A stretch of 63,553 nt of DNA, counting the filler, from Reticulomyxa filosa (lineage: Eukaryota > Protista > Foraminifera): the NCBI GenBank assembly GCA_000512085.1. It is 21 parts of 21 records of this genome, joined end to end, with 100 filler letters (N's around TTAATTAATTAA, not from the genome) between each part and the next. Parts side by side here need not be neighbours in the genome. Positions count along the whole stretch, not along the records: positions 39,915 to 42,325 come from ASPP01021546.1; positions 42,426 to 47,036 come from ASPP01004122.1; positions 47,137 to 49,180 come from ASPP01034595.1; positions 49,281 to 56,252 come from ASPP01037716.1; 17 more parts are not named here. One strand, 5' to 3'. The notes beneath the pieces are model-generated. The model did not search any database, was not told the DNA's origin, and saw only the letters and a list, made by a program, of their open reading frames with translations. The translations under genes and the position numbers were made by a program. How positions within the stretch are numbered: position 1 is the stretch's first letter; each line of letters opens with the position of its first letter. Below, piece by piece: positions 39,985-53,226 of the stretch.

Positions 39985-41463
39985 TTCTTTTCATTTTGAA
40001 GCGAAGAGCCAGCTGTTGGTAGGCTTTGCCAGAGCGCGAATTTCCCGAGTCGGTGTTAGAGAACTCGGCTCTGGTGTTGACAAAGTCCCACTCGTCCAAC
40101 ACCGAAAACGTGCGATCGACGCCAACGAACGACGACTTGATCTGACGTGTCATGTCCAAATGTCTCGGCTCCGGCATCAAACGCACACGATTGTAACCAC
40201 TCAACTCGTGGATCACGATCGCAAAGTCTTGACAATCCACCGGGAAGTTGTGCAACTCCAATTGCTCGCTAAACGTAAAGTCGCAATCCCACTTTGCTCG
40301 AACGTAAAAGCCTTTGCTTGTGTCGTACCCACCCATCTCTTCGCCGCTCAGCAAATCGTTGTATTGTCCCACTCGGAAATGGCCTTGCTTGCCATTTGAT
40401 AAAAGTTCATACTGATGTTCTTCATAATTCATAATATACGTATACATAATTATATGTATATGTATGTATATACTTTTTAAATTTTAATGTCCCCCCTCCC
40501 TCCCTCCTCTCTCATCTATTCTCTTCTTTTCTTTCTCTAATAGATGTATACGTAGTTCAACTACGCATTGTACCCAAATAAATACACGTATACATCATAT
40601 ACAATTCCCTCCCTCTTATGCATGTGCCTGCTGACGTATACGTTACAAAAAAAAATATATATATACATATATCAAAACCTTCAACAGCATTGACAAACTC
40701 AATATCAGGTAAAAAAGCGGGTCTCCATTTACTGAGGTTATGTGCATGCAAGTACTCCAAGTAGTCGATATATTCAGGATAAGTGAGTAACCACGTGAGA
40801 TAATAGTGGAAGCGACAGCGATACTGCTCTTTCACATTGTCCACGTCGCTAAATCGCTTTACCTTAATCGCAATGAAAACGATGCGCTTATCCTTTTTCC
40901 CTTCTTTTGCAAAGTAGTATTCTTCTTTTTTCTTCTTTTGTGGTTCTCTTCTTTTTTTGGTTCATTCTTGGCAATGGTTTCTTTATTACCTCCTTTTTAT
41001 ATATGTATATATATATATGTATGTATATTTTCTTTGCAAAGTTCAAAAAGGGTCCCTCTCACTTAACAAAAAAAAAAAAAAAAAAAATTAGAACTTGTCG
41101 GAAACTCCATTGCTCCATTGCTTCTGTATGTATTCGAATATACCTTTCGTCGAGCGACTCCGTCAGATATTGCGAAATACGAGGCATCCCACTCTCACTT
41201 GCTGATTTGTTCGGAGAGTACGCATAACTCATTCGCTGAGAGTCCGCTCGCCGTCTCAATGATCCTCCTTGCAATTCATACGACTCTTCCAGTTCCATAT
41301 TCACAGAATCCATCGACTTTTGAATCGGTAGCGCCGATTTCCGTACAGGCGGCGATTGGGGTTCGTCGTCAGTTGTCGCCAAACTGTCCATGTGTGCGAT
41401 GTCGGTCGTCACGTCTTCGGTCATTGGCGAATTATCAAAACGTGGTGAATTTGGGGTACTCAT
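39985..41463 (-). CDS. Cys-less (Pro-loop) pentameric ligand-gated ion channel, ligand-binding domain (3' truncated)
   Basis: Motifs DVDNVKEQYRCRFHYYLTW, WRPAFLPDIEFVNA, FSEQLELHNFPVDCQDF, DEW, Y..L..RFKMKR. Start MSTPNSP at 41463 with no signal peptide. Confidence 0.85.
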
Positions 41464-42575
41464 TTTCTTTTCAAGATACCTTGGCTTTATCCAATCTATT
41501 CTAAGTCTCAAATTAATTTGCGGCCCAAGGTTTTCTTACACGAGTTAAAAACTACCCTTAAGTTTTTTTTACAACGGCACTGGCAATATAAAGAGATTCT
41601 CTTTTTTTGTTTCGCGAGCGATTTTTTTCAAGCATTTTCTAATTGACGTATCTTCACTTTTTTTAAATGTACAAAACAAAACAAAAATATTCCAAGTTAC
41701 GAAAGGTCAACTGTTGCAAAAAAAGAATAAATTTTTTCTAATTATCTGTTGAGTGCTTTGTGAACGAAAACGTTTTATGAGATATATATCTTTTAAGAGC
41801 ACGTGCGACTAACCCAAAAATTTGATTCTGTTGCTCCCCAAGTTCCCCACTAAATATTCAATATTTCTCGCTGCCAAACACATTTACACTGAAGACGGAA
41901 TTGAAAACACATTCAATTATTTGTGGGAAAAAATAAACAACAATCAAAACCTAGAGAATGAGGTAAACTTTTTTTTTGTATTCGTAAGAAAAAAAAATGC
42001 ACGCACAAATGTTTCCCTTTTGAATATGCCTGTTCATTTGTTTGGACTATTCAATCCGATTGGTGTATGACAAAAAAAAAGTGGTGCCATTCAAAGCCTG
42101 TTTTCGTACCTTTGGGGAAGTTCAGCGTCCACTCCAGCGGAGACCATTGTAGAGGTGCCATCAATTCTGTTTTATATTGATGGTGTTCAACCGCGAAAAA
42201 CCCGAACCTCGAGTTTAAAAAAAAAAAGAAAGGGGGGGTGGGTGGGGAGAGGGAGGGTAGGGGAAGGGGGAGAAACTTTTGTAGTTTCCATCTTTGGCAA
42301 CGTATAACCTAAACATGCGAAATTTNNNNNNNNNNNNNNNNNNNNNNNNNNNNNNNNNNNNNNNNNNNNTTAATTAATTAANNNNNNNNNNNNNNNNNNN
42401 NNNNNNNNNNNNNNNNNNNNNNNNNGTACTTAGAATTTCTCTTGCTTCTTGAATGATTGATCTTTTGTATTCTTTATCGTGCATTGCCTGATTCCTCCTC
42501 CATACCATGTATGTTTCACAATCCCTTAACAAACATTGGATAGTGTCTTCTACTTTTCACGCTCCAAAAGTCGCA

Positions 42576-42710
42576 CTTCTGCTAGATGAGCTTTTGCTCG
42601 ATTTGTTTCTTCTAGATGATCTTCTGCTATATGCACTTCTGCTCTATGTGCTTCTGCTTGATTCACTCCTACTAGATGATTTTCAGCTCGATACACTTCT
42701 GGTCGATTTG
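42576..42710. repeat. Degenerate 15-bp tandem repeat, 9 units
   Basis: Units such as CTTCTGCTAGATGAG, CTTTTGCTCGATTTG, CTTCTGCTATATGCA. The minus strand reads Ser/Arg-rich pentapeptides with stops. Confidence 0.85.
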
Positions 42711-45700
42711 GCATTTCCTCTTCTTCAATCAGGGAATCATCACTATCTATAACTATGTTGCATTTCTATGTGCATCCAACATTTAAAATCTTTTTTTAAA
42801 ACAATTCAAGACACAAAAGATAAAATGAAATAATAAATTCTGACATGTTCTGACGACATTGACATTATTGGTGACGAACTCTGACCTCTGAGAGATAATT
42901 GTGATATGTGATAATGTTTTAGCAAAAATTCTTTTAAAAAAAAAGGGTTAACAAATTTTTAATTCAGTCATGCAACTAAAAAATAAACAATTATTACATG
43001 TTTTAAAACTTTTTTTGAAGTGTATGAAAAATAAATCACTTAATTGTCAAAAAAATATTATTATTTGTAAAGAAAAAAGTTATGAAAATAAAAACTCGTA
43101 TCTCGTCCGATCTTTGTACTTTGGCTGGAAGAAAATGAACCAATATTTGTTCTGACACAAACGGATGGCATTAATTTTGGTGAAAGGTTTAGTTTTTGTG
43201 TATATTTTTCAAAATAATAATATTAAACATAAACTTATGGAAAATAAAACTTGCTTTATGCAACAAGTTTTCGAAGTTATGCCAATTAAAAAAACATCGC
43301 GTTTCATCTGTAGAGTGAATAATAAGACAGAAAAAAAATGAAAAACAAGACTAGATTGGAAAAAAAAAGGTTTATCTGCGGGGATTTACAGTACGGTCAC
43401 AGTAAGACACAAATCATCGCTTTGTAGATTGTCCAAAAGCCATGACCTTATCCGATAGCAAAGAAGTCCAAATATAAATAGAATTGGATTGTTTGTTTGC
43501 CACTAGCAGTTTCCGTGATTATCGCCATGTTAGTCATAGTACGATCATTGTTTGTTTGAAGTGAAATTGCCGGTAAAAAACTCTGCATCTTATACAAAGA
43601 ATGTCAAAAACTATTGTCTTTTGGTTTGTCGTTTTGGAAGCATGATCCATAGTGGAAAGTAAGAGATCATCCGTCATCTGAGTATCAATGTACACCATCG
43701 ACGAAGGATCAACATATTCACTACAGATTATACCTAAAAACTCACTCAATTCATCCAAGTGTACCATTATCTTGCTTCACTCATTAAAACCTTTTCGTAT
43801 TTTGGTGAACAATCAAATCATTTGTTGAAATTGTTCATTAATGTTGTCATAACTTATTTATAACAGCCATATTTACAACTCCATAAAAAAAAAAATGATT
43901 TTATAGTCCCCTTTCTTCTTTTTAATTGACTAAAAAAATTTAGGAAAAAAAGCATGATACTAGAGAAAAGATTTCATAAAAGTGAAACATATAGCAGCAC
44001 AAAACTTTAACAAAAACAAAATTTTGATGAGAATGTAGCGTTTGGCCTTGTTGATGTTGCGAATAACGTCAGACAAGTAGTATTTGAAATACTTGAAGAC
44101 CATCTTGACGAAATAGGGACCCAAGACAATCGTTTTAAACACATAAAAGAGCGCCTTAAAATCTTCACATTATTTTGCTTTCCGCAACGCGCTAGTATTC
44201 ATATCTGCAGTCAAATGAATCATGTACAGATACTTTTACTCTTTTTTTATTTCCTTCTGCCACTTTATGCGATTGCTGGATCTCATTGAAAATTCGAAGC
44301 AATTCCATATCAATCCACAATTTCTTCACAGTATGTTTCTTTTTTCTTTCTGCAGCAGGAGAAGGACTGATGAAGGAATGAAACAAATGAGGATGAAGAT
44401 GAGTGGTAGATACATAATTGTCCTTATCGTTGCCATTTATCTCGTGTTTTTGTGTCAGCACCAGTCGTATATACTTTTCTGCAAATGTGGTTATGTCTTG
44501 AAACAATGTATCGTTCGACCCATTCGTTTTTTCAAGCGTATAACTCAAATTATATTTTCTCTCGCCATTCAAAGCTCATCACGTTGGCGACGTAAATTGC
44601 ATCTAAATTCTTTTTATAGAAAACAAAAAAATTTGTACAAGAAATTTCGCACTTTTTTTTAATATTAAAAAAAAATTAAACAAAAAAAAATCAAATAAAA
44701 AATTAATATAAAAAGCAAAATTAAAACGTACTAATTATAAATCAAGATCAATTACATTTTGGTTATTCATCAAAGCAACACTAAATTTCTATTTTTTATT
44801 TTCTTTTGTCTTGTCGTCGCTATTCTATTCACTTTTCCAATTGTCGCCATACTCTTCATTTATTTCATCATCATCTTCATTTATCTCATTCTCACTTGTC
44901 CCCTCGTCGTTCTCTTTTTTTTCATATATATAATTCTTTATTCATTTTATTTTCTTTTTTTTATGCAAAATCTCTTTTTCTTTTTTTTTGTTTGCCTTTT
45001 TATCCATGTACAATTTAATGTTGGATTCAAAGCAGCTGCATAACATGAAAGTTCCAACATAGCGTTCTCAAATTATTCTAGCTCTAACATAGGGTATACC
45101 TGGATTTTGAATTTATTCCATTTTTCAATATTCATACTTCGAATCACGCTAATGTATATAGTCCAATCTAGCAACACTACATGACATATATCCAGCTACT
45201 TGTAGTACTGTATTTAACAAGTTATAAGCATTCTTGACTTTTTTTTCGTCTTTATTATTATTTAAATTAACTTCTCTTATTTCTATTTTTCTTTTTAATT
45301 TCAATACTTCCACTTGCCCACATATTCAGAAGCTCCTTTTTATTTTCATCAAAAGCTTCAAGCTTACCTGTAAGTTTATAATCAACAGCAATAAAATGAT
45401 CTTTCAGTTCAGTCACATATATATTTTTATTACTAAGAAAGAATTTGTATTCTTGCTTAAACCTGACGTTATTGGGAGGAAACTAGCGTATGATTAATTG
45501 CTAAAAAATGGAACATCAATGTATCTTTTCTTTGTTCCATTAAATTTTTTTTATACTGACAGAAATACCACTTCACAAATCAATTAAATTGCTTGTCCTT
45601 GTCTGTACTTACAGTAGAATGAAAAGTAAAGTGGAAACCTAAAACGGCACCTTATATAGATGATTGATTTTCTTCATGAAAAAAACAACATTCAGACCAA

Positions 45701-46017
45701 ATTTTTTTTTATTTTAAAAAATATCTACGAACAGTGTAGTTTTTAAATATTATTTTGAATTTAGTTTTTTATTAAATCTTTACTAATTGTTTAAAAAATT
45801 TGAATATTTTATTCATTTTTGAGAAAAAGTTTACAAAGAAGAAAAGTTCAAATGAATGAAATTCAATGCAGAAACTTATCGTTCAAATTCTTTTAAAACA
45901 GACAAACAAAATCAAAACCTCAATAACACTAACAATGAATTTTTTTTAGACATGTATATTTGATATGTCTGGATGGAAAAGGATTTAAAAAATAATAATA
46001 ATAAAAAAAAAGGAAAT

Positions 46018-47036
46018 CTATTTCCACTGGACAAAATACATGGCAGTGGTATCAGTCCATGGTTTGAATTCGGGATTGTCAGAAACAGGACAGACGGCAG
46101 TACTTCGATTGGCAAAGACGTGAGCTCGATTTTCGCATATTTCGGTGGCATCGTCCAAGGCGTTCATAATCTGTTCGATGGACAGATCCTCGGATTCTTC
46201 ATTTTCCATTTCCAATGTGTCCATATGCACTGCATTTTGGTGGTCAATGACTTTTTCTTTTTCGCGATTTATCTTTTTGACAGCTTCGTCGCACTTGCTT
46301 AGAATGAGTTGTAAACGAAGATCATTATCATTGCCGTCATCATGAACATTGTCAGTGAGACAAAAGTCGTCGTCGTTGCAATGCCCCCATCGTCGGTATC
46401 ATCATAACCGAAAGCATCCAATCAATGGCCTGCACCTCGTCCCATGGAAGTGTGTGCTGCAATGGAGGATGAGCCACTTCGTCCACAACGTCACGTTGCC
46501 GCAACGGCGGGTCAGCGCACTCGGATTGCCGAAGGCGATTGAGTAAATGATACTTTTGCTCCTGCATGGCGTATACCGACATGTCGAATTGGTCGTCATA
46601 TCCGATCACTTTTTTCGTGTGACCACGTTCCTTTGTCTTGTGCGAGCGCAGCGGAGAAGATTTGCACTTGATGTGTCCAGCACCCAACTGGCTTTGCGCT
46701 TCGCCGCAGTCGTATTCGCGTTCATGTTCACGTTCACGTTCACGCTCACGCTCGTGCTCACGTTCATGCCCATGCTCATGCTCATATTCATGTTCGTGTT
46801 CGCTTCGACCAGAGTCGATAGACGGTGGTGGAGATGCCAATGTGTCGTGATCCACCCAGTCCCCAAAGTCGTGCTCGCGTGGAGGAGAGCAATCGACCAA
46901 CGAGTCTGGAGAAAGAGGGGAATAGGTAGGACTTTGAGCAGCGTAATAATCTTTAGTTGGAGATTCGTATATGAATTTTTCATTTGCATGAGCATTGTCA
47001 TTGTTATTGTTATTATTATTATTATTATTATTATTA
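46018..47036 (-). CDS. C-terminal part of a low-complexity hypothetical protein (HE/RE repeats)
   Basis: ORF 46352-46900 joins ORF 46018-46230 across frame breaks near 46385 and 46412. Coding-like composition. Confidence 0.55.
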
Positions 47037-47136
47037 NNNNNNNNNNNNNNNNNNNNNNNNNNNNNNNNNNNNNNNNNNNNTTAATTAATTAANNNNNNNN
47101 NNNNNNNNNNNNNNNNNNNNNNNNNNNNNNNNNNNN

Positions 47137-48919
47137 GGATACTGCACAAAGTTAGCTCACAAAAGAAATTAGAAATTTTAATAAAAACACTAAATATAAA
47201 TATAAAAATAAATAAATAAATACATATTTATTTTTATATTTATATTTATATACATACAAAAAAAAAAAAAAAGATAATTGAATCATCTGTTGTATATATT
47301 TATTTATTAATTTTTTTTTGGATCTGAATAGAAACGTTAAACAGTTTAAGCGTGTTTGATTACTCTTACAACAAATGGGAATACGACGTGTATCAATACA
47401 ACTCATCGACTCAAGTGCAAAAGATGAAAGGGTTCTATTGTCCGCACAGCTGCTCCGGCGGATACTTGAATCGTGTGTACTTGGTGAACCCGCTAATGGA
47501 TGACGGCTCCACCACGGCGCGTCTGTTTGAGTGCACAATCGATGTGTACAACAATGTGGCCAAATGCAAAGATTTGTGCGATTCGAAATTCGGATCTTTG
47601 CAGTACTGCAATAGCTTATTGCCTCAAAGCGGCTGTGTGACGACACAAGATCAATACTTGTATATTGTCGGCGGTCAAATCAACTCCACTCTTACCGGCA
47701 TAGTCACCGTGTTCGATATGGCCAAGCGCACGTGGCGAGCGTCCCGAAAGGCTCGCCTGCAGCAAGTAGCTTTCCGACGCGCTTTGGAAACCTGCCCGTG
47801 CCTGTGAAGAACCACGCATGTGCGACATGGGATTTCCATGTATTTGCATTTGGCGGACAATTGAGTGGAAACTCGGCCACATCTGTCATCCAAAAATGTC
47901 AACGCAATGGCAATTGCACCATTCAAAGCGCCCAGTTGAATGTTCCTCGCTATTATGCAGGAGCAAGCACCATTGGGGATACTGTTGTTGTGCTCTGCGG
48001 TGCTCATGACTCGCAAACGATGACGGATGTCGTGGAATTGTATGATGTACCCAAAGATGCTGTGACAGTCGATTACAGTGGTGGGACTCCGGGCTTCGTC
48101 CTCCCCTCTCCTCGACGCTCGTGCTGTGTTCGAAGATGGGACACCTCCAGCAGCTTGCTCACAAGTGGTGGGACCACGATGAATGGCACTAAAATATGGT
48201 CCATCTCCACGGCTCTGTTTTCCATCCAAGATGATGACCCGAATGGAATGCCTTTGCCCAAATGCACCAGCATTATGTTGCAATCCACAAATCACAATTT
48301 CGCCGGACTCTATTCTTATTACTCCACTCTCCGCCAATATCGAGTTTGGTCGTCCACCAATCACGACTCGGTCATTTATTATCCCATCAACAACAATGAT
48401 CGCACTTGGATTGGAAACCTGTCTTCTCAAATGTGGGCCTTCTATCCTTCGTCCGGATTTAGCACTGGTTACTGGACTATTTTGGCCACGGAAAAGACTC
48501 CACAACAAACAGTTTATTTTGATTTCACCTGCTTGGATGATCAATCCTTGCGCTTCCAAAACTCACTTTCTTCTATTTCTTCTTCTTCTTCTTCTTCTTC
48601 TTCTTCTTCTTCTCACAACTCGATCTATTTGCAATTTGCACGCTTGAGCTGGAGTGCAATTGCCATTGTATTTGCGACACTTGTGGCAATCATTGCAGTC
48701 AGATGCTTCTTTTTGAAACACCATCAAGTGACTCTCCAAAACTCAATTCAAGACCCGACAAAAAGCAATGCGTCATTGACCAATGGTAATCTGACCAAAT
48801 CCGAGGATGTAGATGGTGGCAAAGACTCTTTGAGTAGTGCCAATTCGCAAGATGTCTACTTTGGAAATCACAAAATATTTAATCAATCAGAAACTTCTAG
48901 CTCTTCTAGCCAAGAATAA
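47137..48919 (+). CDS. Type I membrane protein with extracellular Kelch-like repeats (5' truncated)
   Basis: Kelch motifs LYIVGGQ, VFAFGGQ, LNVPRYYAGA..VVVLCG..VELYD; Cys-rich; poly-Ser stalk; TM WSAIAIVFATLVAIIAVRCFFL; -1 break at 47743-47745. Confidence 0.78.
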
Positions 48920-50542
48920 AGCATTTATCACATTCCCTTTCCTGCAAACAATCCAGAAATATCCCCATCAGCCCTTAAAAATTCTTCTTCTGTTTAAAAC
49001 CAAATATCGCAGGAACAAGAGAAAATGAAATACAAATTTTAATTTTTTTTTTTTTTTTTTTTTGCACTGGATACTTTTAGTGGGTCTTTCTTTTTGTGGT
49101 TCGTCGTGGGTTCATTTCTTTCTTTTTTTAATATTCTTTTCATTAAAAAAAAAAAAAAAAACAAACATTTATTTTTATTTNNNNNNNNNNNNNNNNNNNN
49201 NNNNNNNNNNNNNNNNNNNNNNNNTTAATTAATTAANNNNNNNNNNNNNNNNNNNNNNNNNNNNNNNNNNNNNNNNNNNNTTTGCATTTTGAATATTTGT
49301 AAACAAAGATTAGGAAATATATTTTAATTACTTGAAAACTAACAATAATTGTGTGATGTTCAATTATCGAAATATTTGTTTAAATTTGTAGCATAACTTT
49401 GTATTGCGCAATGAGCATTTTGGATTAAATGTGATCTGATGTATAATTATTTAAGCCACTTTTCAATTGGTTAGAATAATCGATAAAAAATTATTAATAC
49501 AGAACATTTCCAAAATTTTGGCCCAATTCAACAACAACCAATTTCTAAAAAAATTAGAGAGTGGGGCATGATATTATCAACAATGCTTTCATTCAATATT
49601 ATTCACGAACAATTCAAGGTTTATCTGCTATTTTAAACTCACAGCAAACTCTTGTAAATTTTCTTGAGAAGTAGCAAATCAAAGTAATTTTAAAAAATCT
49701 ATTTTAAAAAAAAATTAATATTTTCAAGCAAAAATAGTCAATACCTTTTTTCCTACAATCAACTGCAAAAACATCCCCTAAAATGAATCCTTATAAACAT
49801 TTCCAAATTATTCATCAAAAATCAACATTTCTTCAAAATTTAATATTTACACATCATGGAGAATTAAAATGTATAAAAATGTAAAGAATTACAAAAAAGA
49901 CTGTTAATGATTTTTTTCATTTTTCAAAATCATTAACTCCTTGACATGATGTCCAATTTTCCACTGCCAATTTTCTTTTAGATTGAAAGAAGATATTTAA
50001 TAATTTATTGCAGTCGAAATTTATATTCAATAACAAAAGTCTATCATTGTATTTCCATGTACTATTAATCACTCCAAAGTAAGTAGAATTTCAATGGTTT
50101 CATTTGATATCTTGTACTCATCTTTTTGAGCAAGACAATGTTTGAAGAAAATACACACTAAAATGATTTGGACAGAAAAGACAACAAATTTCATTCAAGG
50201 AACACGTACGAAAACTTGTTTTGTACTGAAAAAAATCGACTCTTTTCTATTTTTACGTTAGCTTATTACTGAGAATTTCTCAGTTCTTCAAAACTCAAGA
50301 TTATAATAAATCTTTTATATTTCATACTTTGTTTATTCGATGAATACCTGTTTATATATGTGAAATGATTATATTTCTCTGAACTTTGTGGTAATCACAC
50401 AATCTTTGAAAAGTTTTTTCATTTCATCATGTTGTGTTTAAGAGGCTCAGCAAAAAAAATTTGTAGGACTTGAAGTAATTTTTTGGAACTTTCTTTATTT
50501 TTTTTTATTTTGTAAAATTCTCCAGTGGACTATAAAATTCTA

Positions 50543-50592
50543 TTTTTTCTACAATGACATTAAGTTACTTCAATTAGCTAGTTTTTTTTAAT
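50543..50592 (+). repeat. About 50-bp direct repeat, copy 1 (copy 2 at about 52816-52865)
   Basis: TTTTTTCTA(C/T)AATGACATTAAGTTACTT(C/T)AATTAGCTA(G/A)TTTTTTT occurs twice on the same contig. Confidence 0.85.
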
Positions 50593-50749
50593 CCCTTCAG
50601 AAACACTGTTGAACAAATGCAATTGAAAGTAAAATGAATTAATTTTATAATTTTTTTAATTTAACAAATGAACATTTTTTTGAACTTATTAAAGCAAAAA
50701 TCGAAGTTTTCGTTCACTTATTTTGTTTGATCTAGGGGTAGCCCCCTTT

Positions 50750-52120
50750 GAGTAATGTTAAAAATGGTGTGTAGCAGAAATTTTTAGAGTTCATCGCATA
50801 AAACAAAGGAGATCAATTTGTTGTTAGTTCATAACTTCAGATACGAAGGAATCTTTTCAAGTTAGTTCTTACAAACTTATCCAACAGCGACGAACGTCGA
50901 CAAAGTGGTTTTGAGAACGGAAGAAAAGAAAGAACATTACGTAGTACACGAAAATTTGAATAATGAAGCGCACAAGAGTTTTTGCATTGCGTACAAATGC
51001 AAGAACGATTGGATGGAACAAAAATAACAAAACATGGCCTCTGAATTTTGTCTCGTAGTGGCACTGGACGTTGCGAAGCAAAGTTCGAACAACAAAGATT
51101 TGTTGGGAATTATCCACATGCATAATTTGCCGTGTAAGGCAAGGAATCGAAGAAATAATGACTTAGAAGTTTGATTTCAAGTTTTTTTTTTAGGGAGTGT
51201 GCAAACAAAAACGTTGTTATTGACACATATATACAAAAAAAGAAAAAGTCGAATTATTAGTAATTGAAGAAAAGTTTTGTCATTACATAATTTTTATTCC
51301 TTGATTGGATGAAAGATTGAAACTATTGTATTTCAAAATGAGTTTATGAATTTACAAAACAAGCGTGTCGACCTGTTAGTGGATGCACACGAACAATTGA
51401 AACGCGGTGACACTATCCGAAAAAAGTTCGACCGTCATTTGATGCAGAAGTCATAAAACAATCATTGCAAGATAAAGATGTTTTGAATTAAAAAAAAAAG
51501 CAAGTTAAACTAATGCATTATACATACGTATACACCAAAGATGTAAATTATTTTTGTTCTAGTGTTGACAACAAAACAAAAAATATATAAACTTTGCGCT
51601 TGGACGGGAATTCGAAACAATTACTCAAAGTCCAATAAAATATTTTCTATATCTGTAGAAAATGAAATTGCTGTTAATCAAGGCGACTTATTCTCTCTTG
51701 AAAAGTCGAAAAGAAGAAGAAGTGATTCATTAAATTTAAGCTGGGATGTATGAGCAAGTTCAAAAGAATGTCGATTCAATAAACACCGAAAGCAACATCG
51801 ATGAATGAATGCTGGTGAGATTTGATCGTTTGTATTGAAAAGAGATAGTGGCATAGTCGTTCATTCAATTTAAAATTAAGCAAGTCTTGGCCGGAAAAGT
51901 GATACGTGAGTTACAAGAAACAAAAAATATTCCTGACAGAGCGTGCTTTTGTGTCGACGACTCTTGATTTGCAAGTGGAAACAGAAGAAGTCGCGAATGA
52001 ATAAGTTAACTACCTAAAAGGATATGTTCGACATTACGAACAGTAAGATGGAAAAGAGGAAAAGTATGGAGAACGATAAAAAAGCAAGCTGCAACCACAA
52101 ACACATGTAACAGACTAGGA
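50750..52120 (+). pseudogene. Degenerate multi-exon gene relic
   Basis: Coding-like pieces with stops (e.g. KVVLRTEEKKEHYVVHENLNNEAHKSFCIAYKCKNDWMEQK*QNMASEF) separated by intron-like T/A-rich blocks. Confidence 0.35.
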
Positions 52121-53226
52121 CACAAAAGAGGATTAAACAAGTCCAATGTCTTTCTGTTTATTTGTTCTTTTACCGCTGTGAAGATTTTTTTTTATCATTG
52201 CGCGTTGTCGAAATATATGGTGATTTGTTACTTCTGAATACATCATCAAATTGAAGTGAAAACGACAGGATTGATAATGTATTCAGTATTGGATTTACTT
52301 TATTGAAATGTCCGCACTTTGGAAAACATAATTGAACAACCTTGTCCCTTCTCCTTGGGGGCACCCTTTTCGGGTCGAAGCAAAATGAAAAAGGGTATAT
52401 CACAGTTTTTTTTGGAAAGATGCTAAAGTGATAACACATTTACTATATTTTTTTTACATTCCAAAAATTGCGAGATAATGTCGATATTTGTCCCTCTAAT
52501 GCCAAGTATTGTGATACATTTCAAGAACTTTTTCACAAAACTTTGAAAAGATGATCAATTTTTTAATTGTCAATCTACTGAATTTTTTTTGCATCATCGC
52601 GAACGCGCAATCCTAAAAAAACACATCATTTTTTATCACAAAAAATAGCTATAATTTTTGTTTGAGAATGTAGATCATAAAACATTGAAAGAACAAAATT
52701 AATACAATAAAAGAGATTTTCAATTTGTCCAATGTCTTGCACATTTGGACAATAGTCATTCCGTTTCTCATTTTTATTTGTTCTCAAATTAATCAAGAAA
52801 TTACAATAATTTCATTTTTTTCTATAATGACATTAAGTTACTTTAATTAGCTAATTTTTTTGAATACCTGATCACGTTTCGACAATGACACTAACAAATG
52901 ACAAACAGAAGAGTTTTTATACGCGTTTTTTTCATGGTATAAAAATTGTGCAATTTTTTAAAAATATCCATAATGACAGTGGTAATGATGATGTATTGAA
53001 AAACGTAATCTTTTTTCATAAATGAATTGTGTTATGTTAAAATTTATTCATAAAGGAAACAACATCAAAAGAAAAAAATATTCAAACAATTCGAATTTTT
53101 AAAAACTTAAATGAATTTAAAGATAATCATTCAGTGTGAATTAATTTACTTTAGAACTGAAACACAGAAAGAGTAAATCTAGAGGATTTAATCCTAGAAT
53201 AGGTACAAATTGTTATCTGATTGTAG

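Noticed and set aside
43500-45500. Short minus-strand ORFs (43534-43767, 44192-44572)
   Set aside because: Coding-like but fragmentary, with no identifiable family or consistent exon chain.
52725-52752. 11-12 bp hairpin TTGTCCAATGT/ACATTTGGACAA
   Set aside because: Short, imperfect and without context. Bacterial terminators are irrelevant in this eukaryote.
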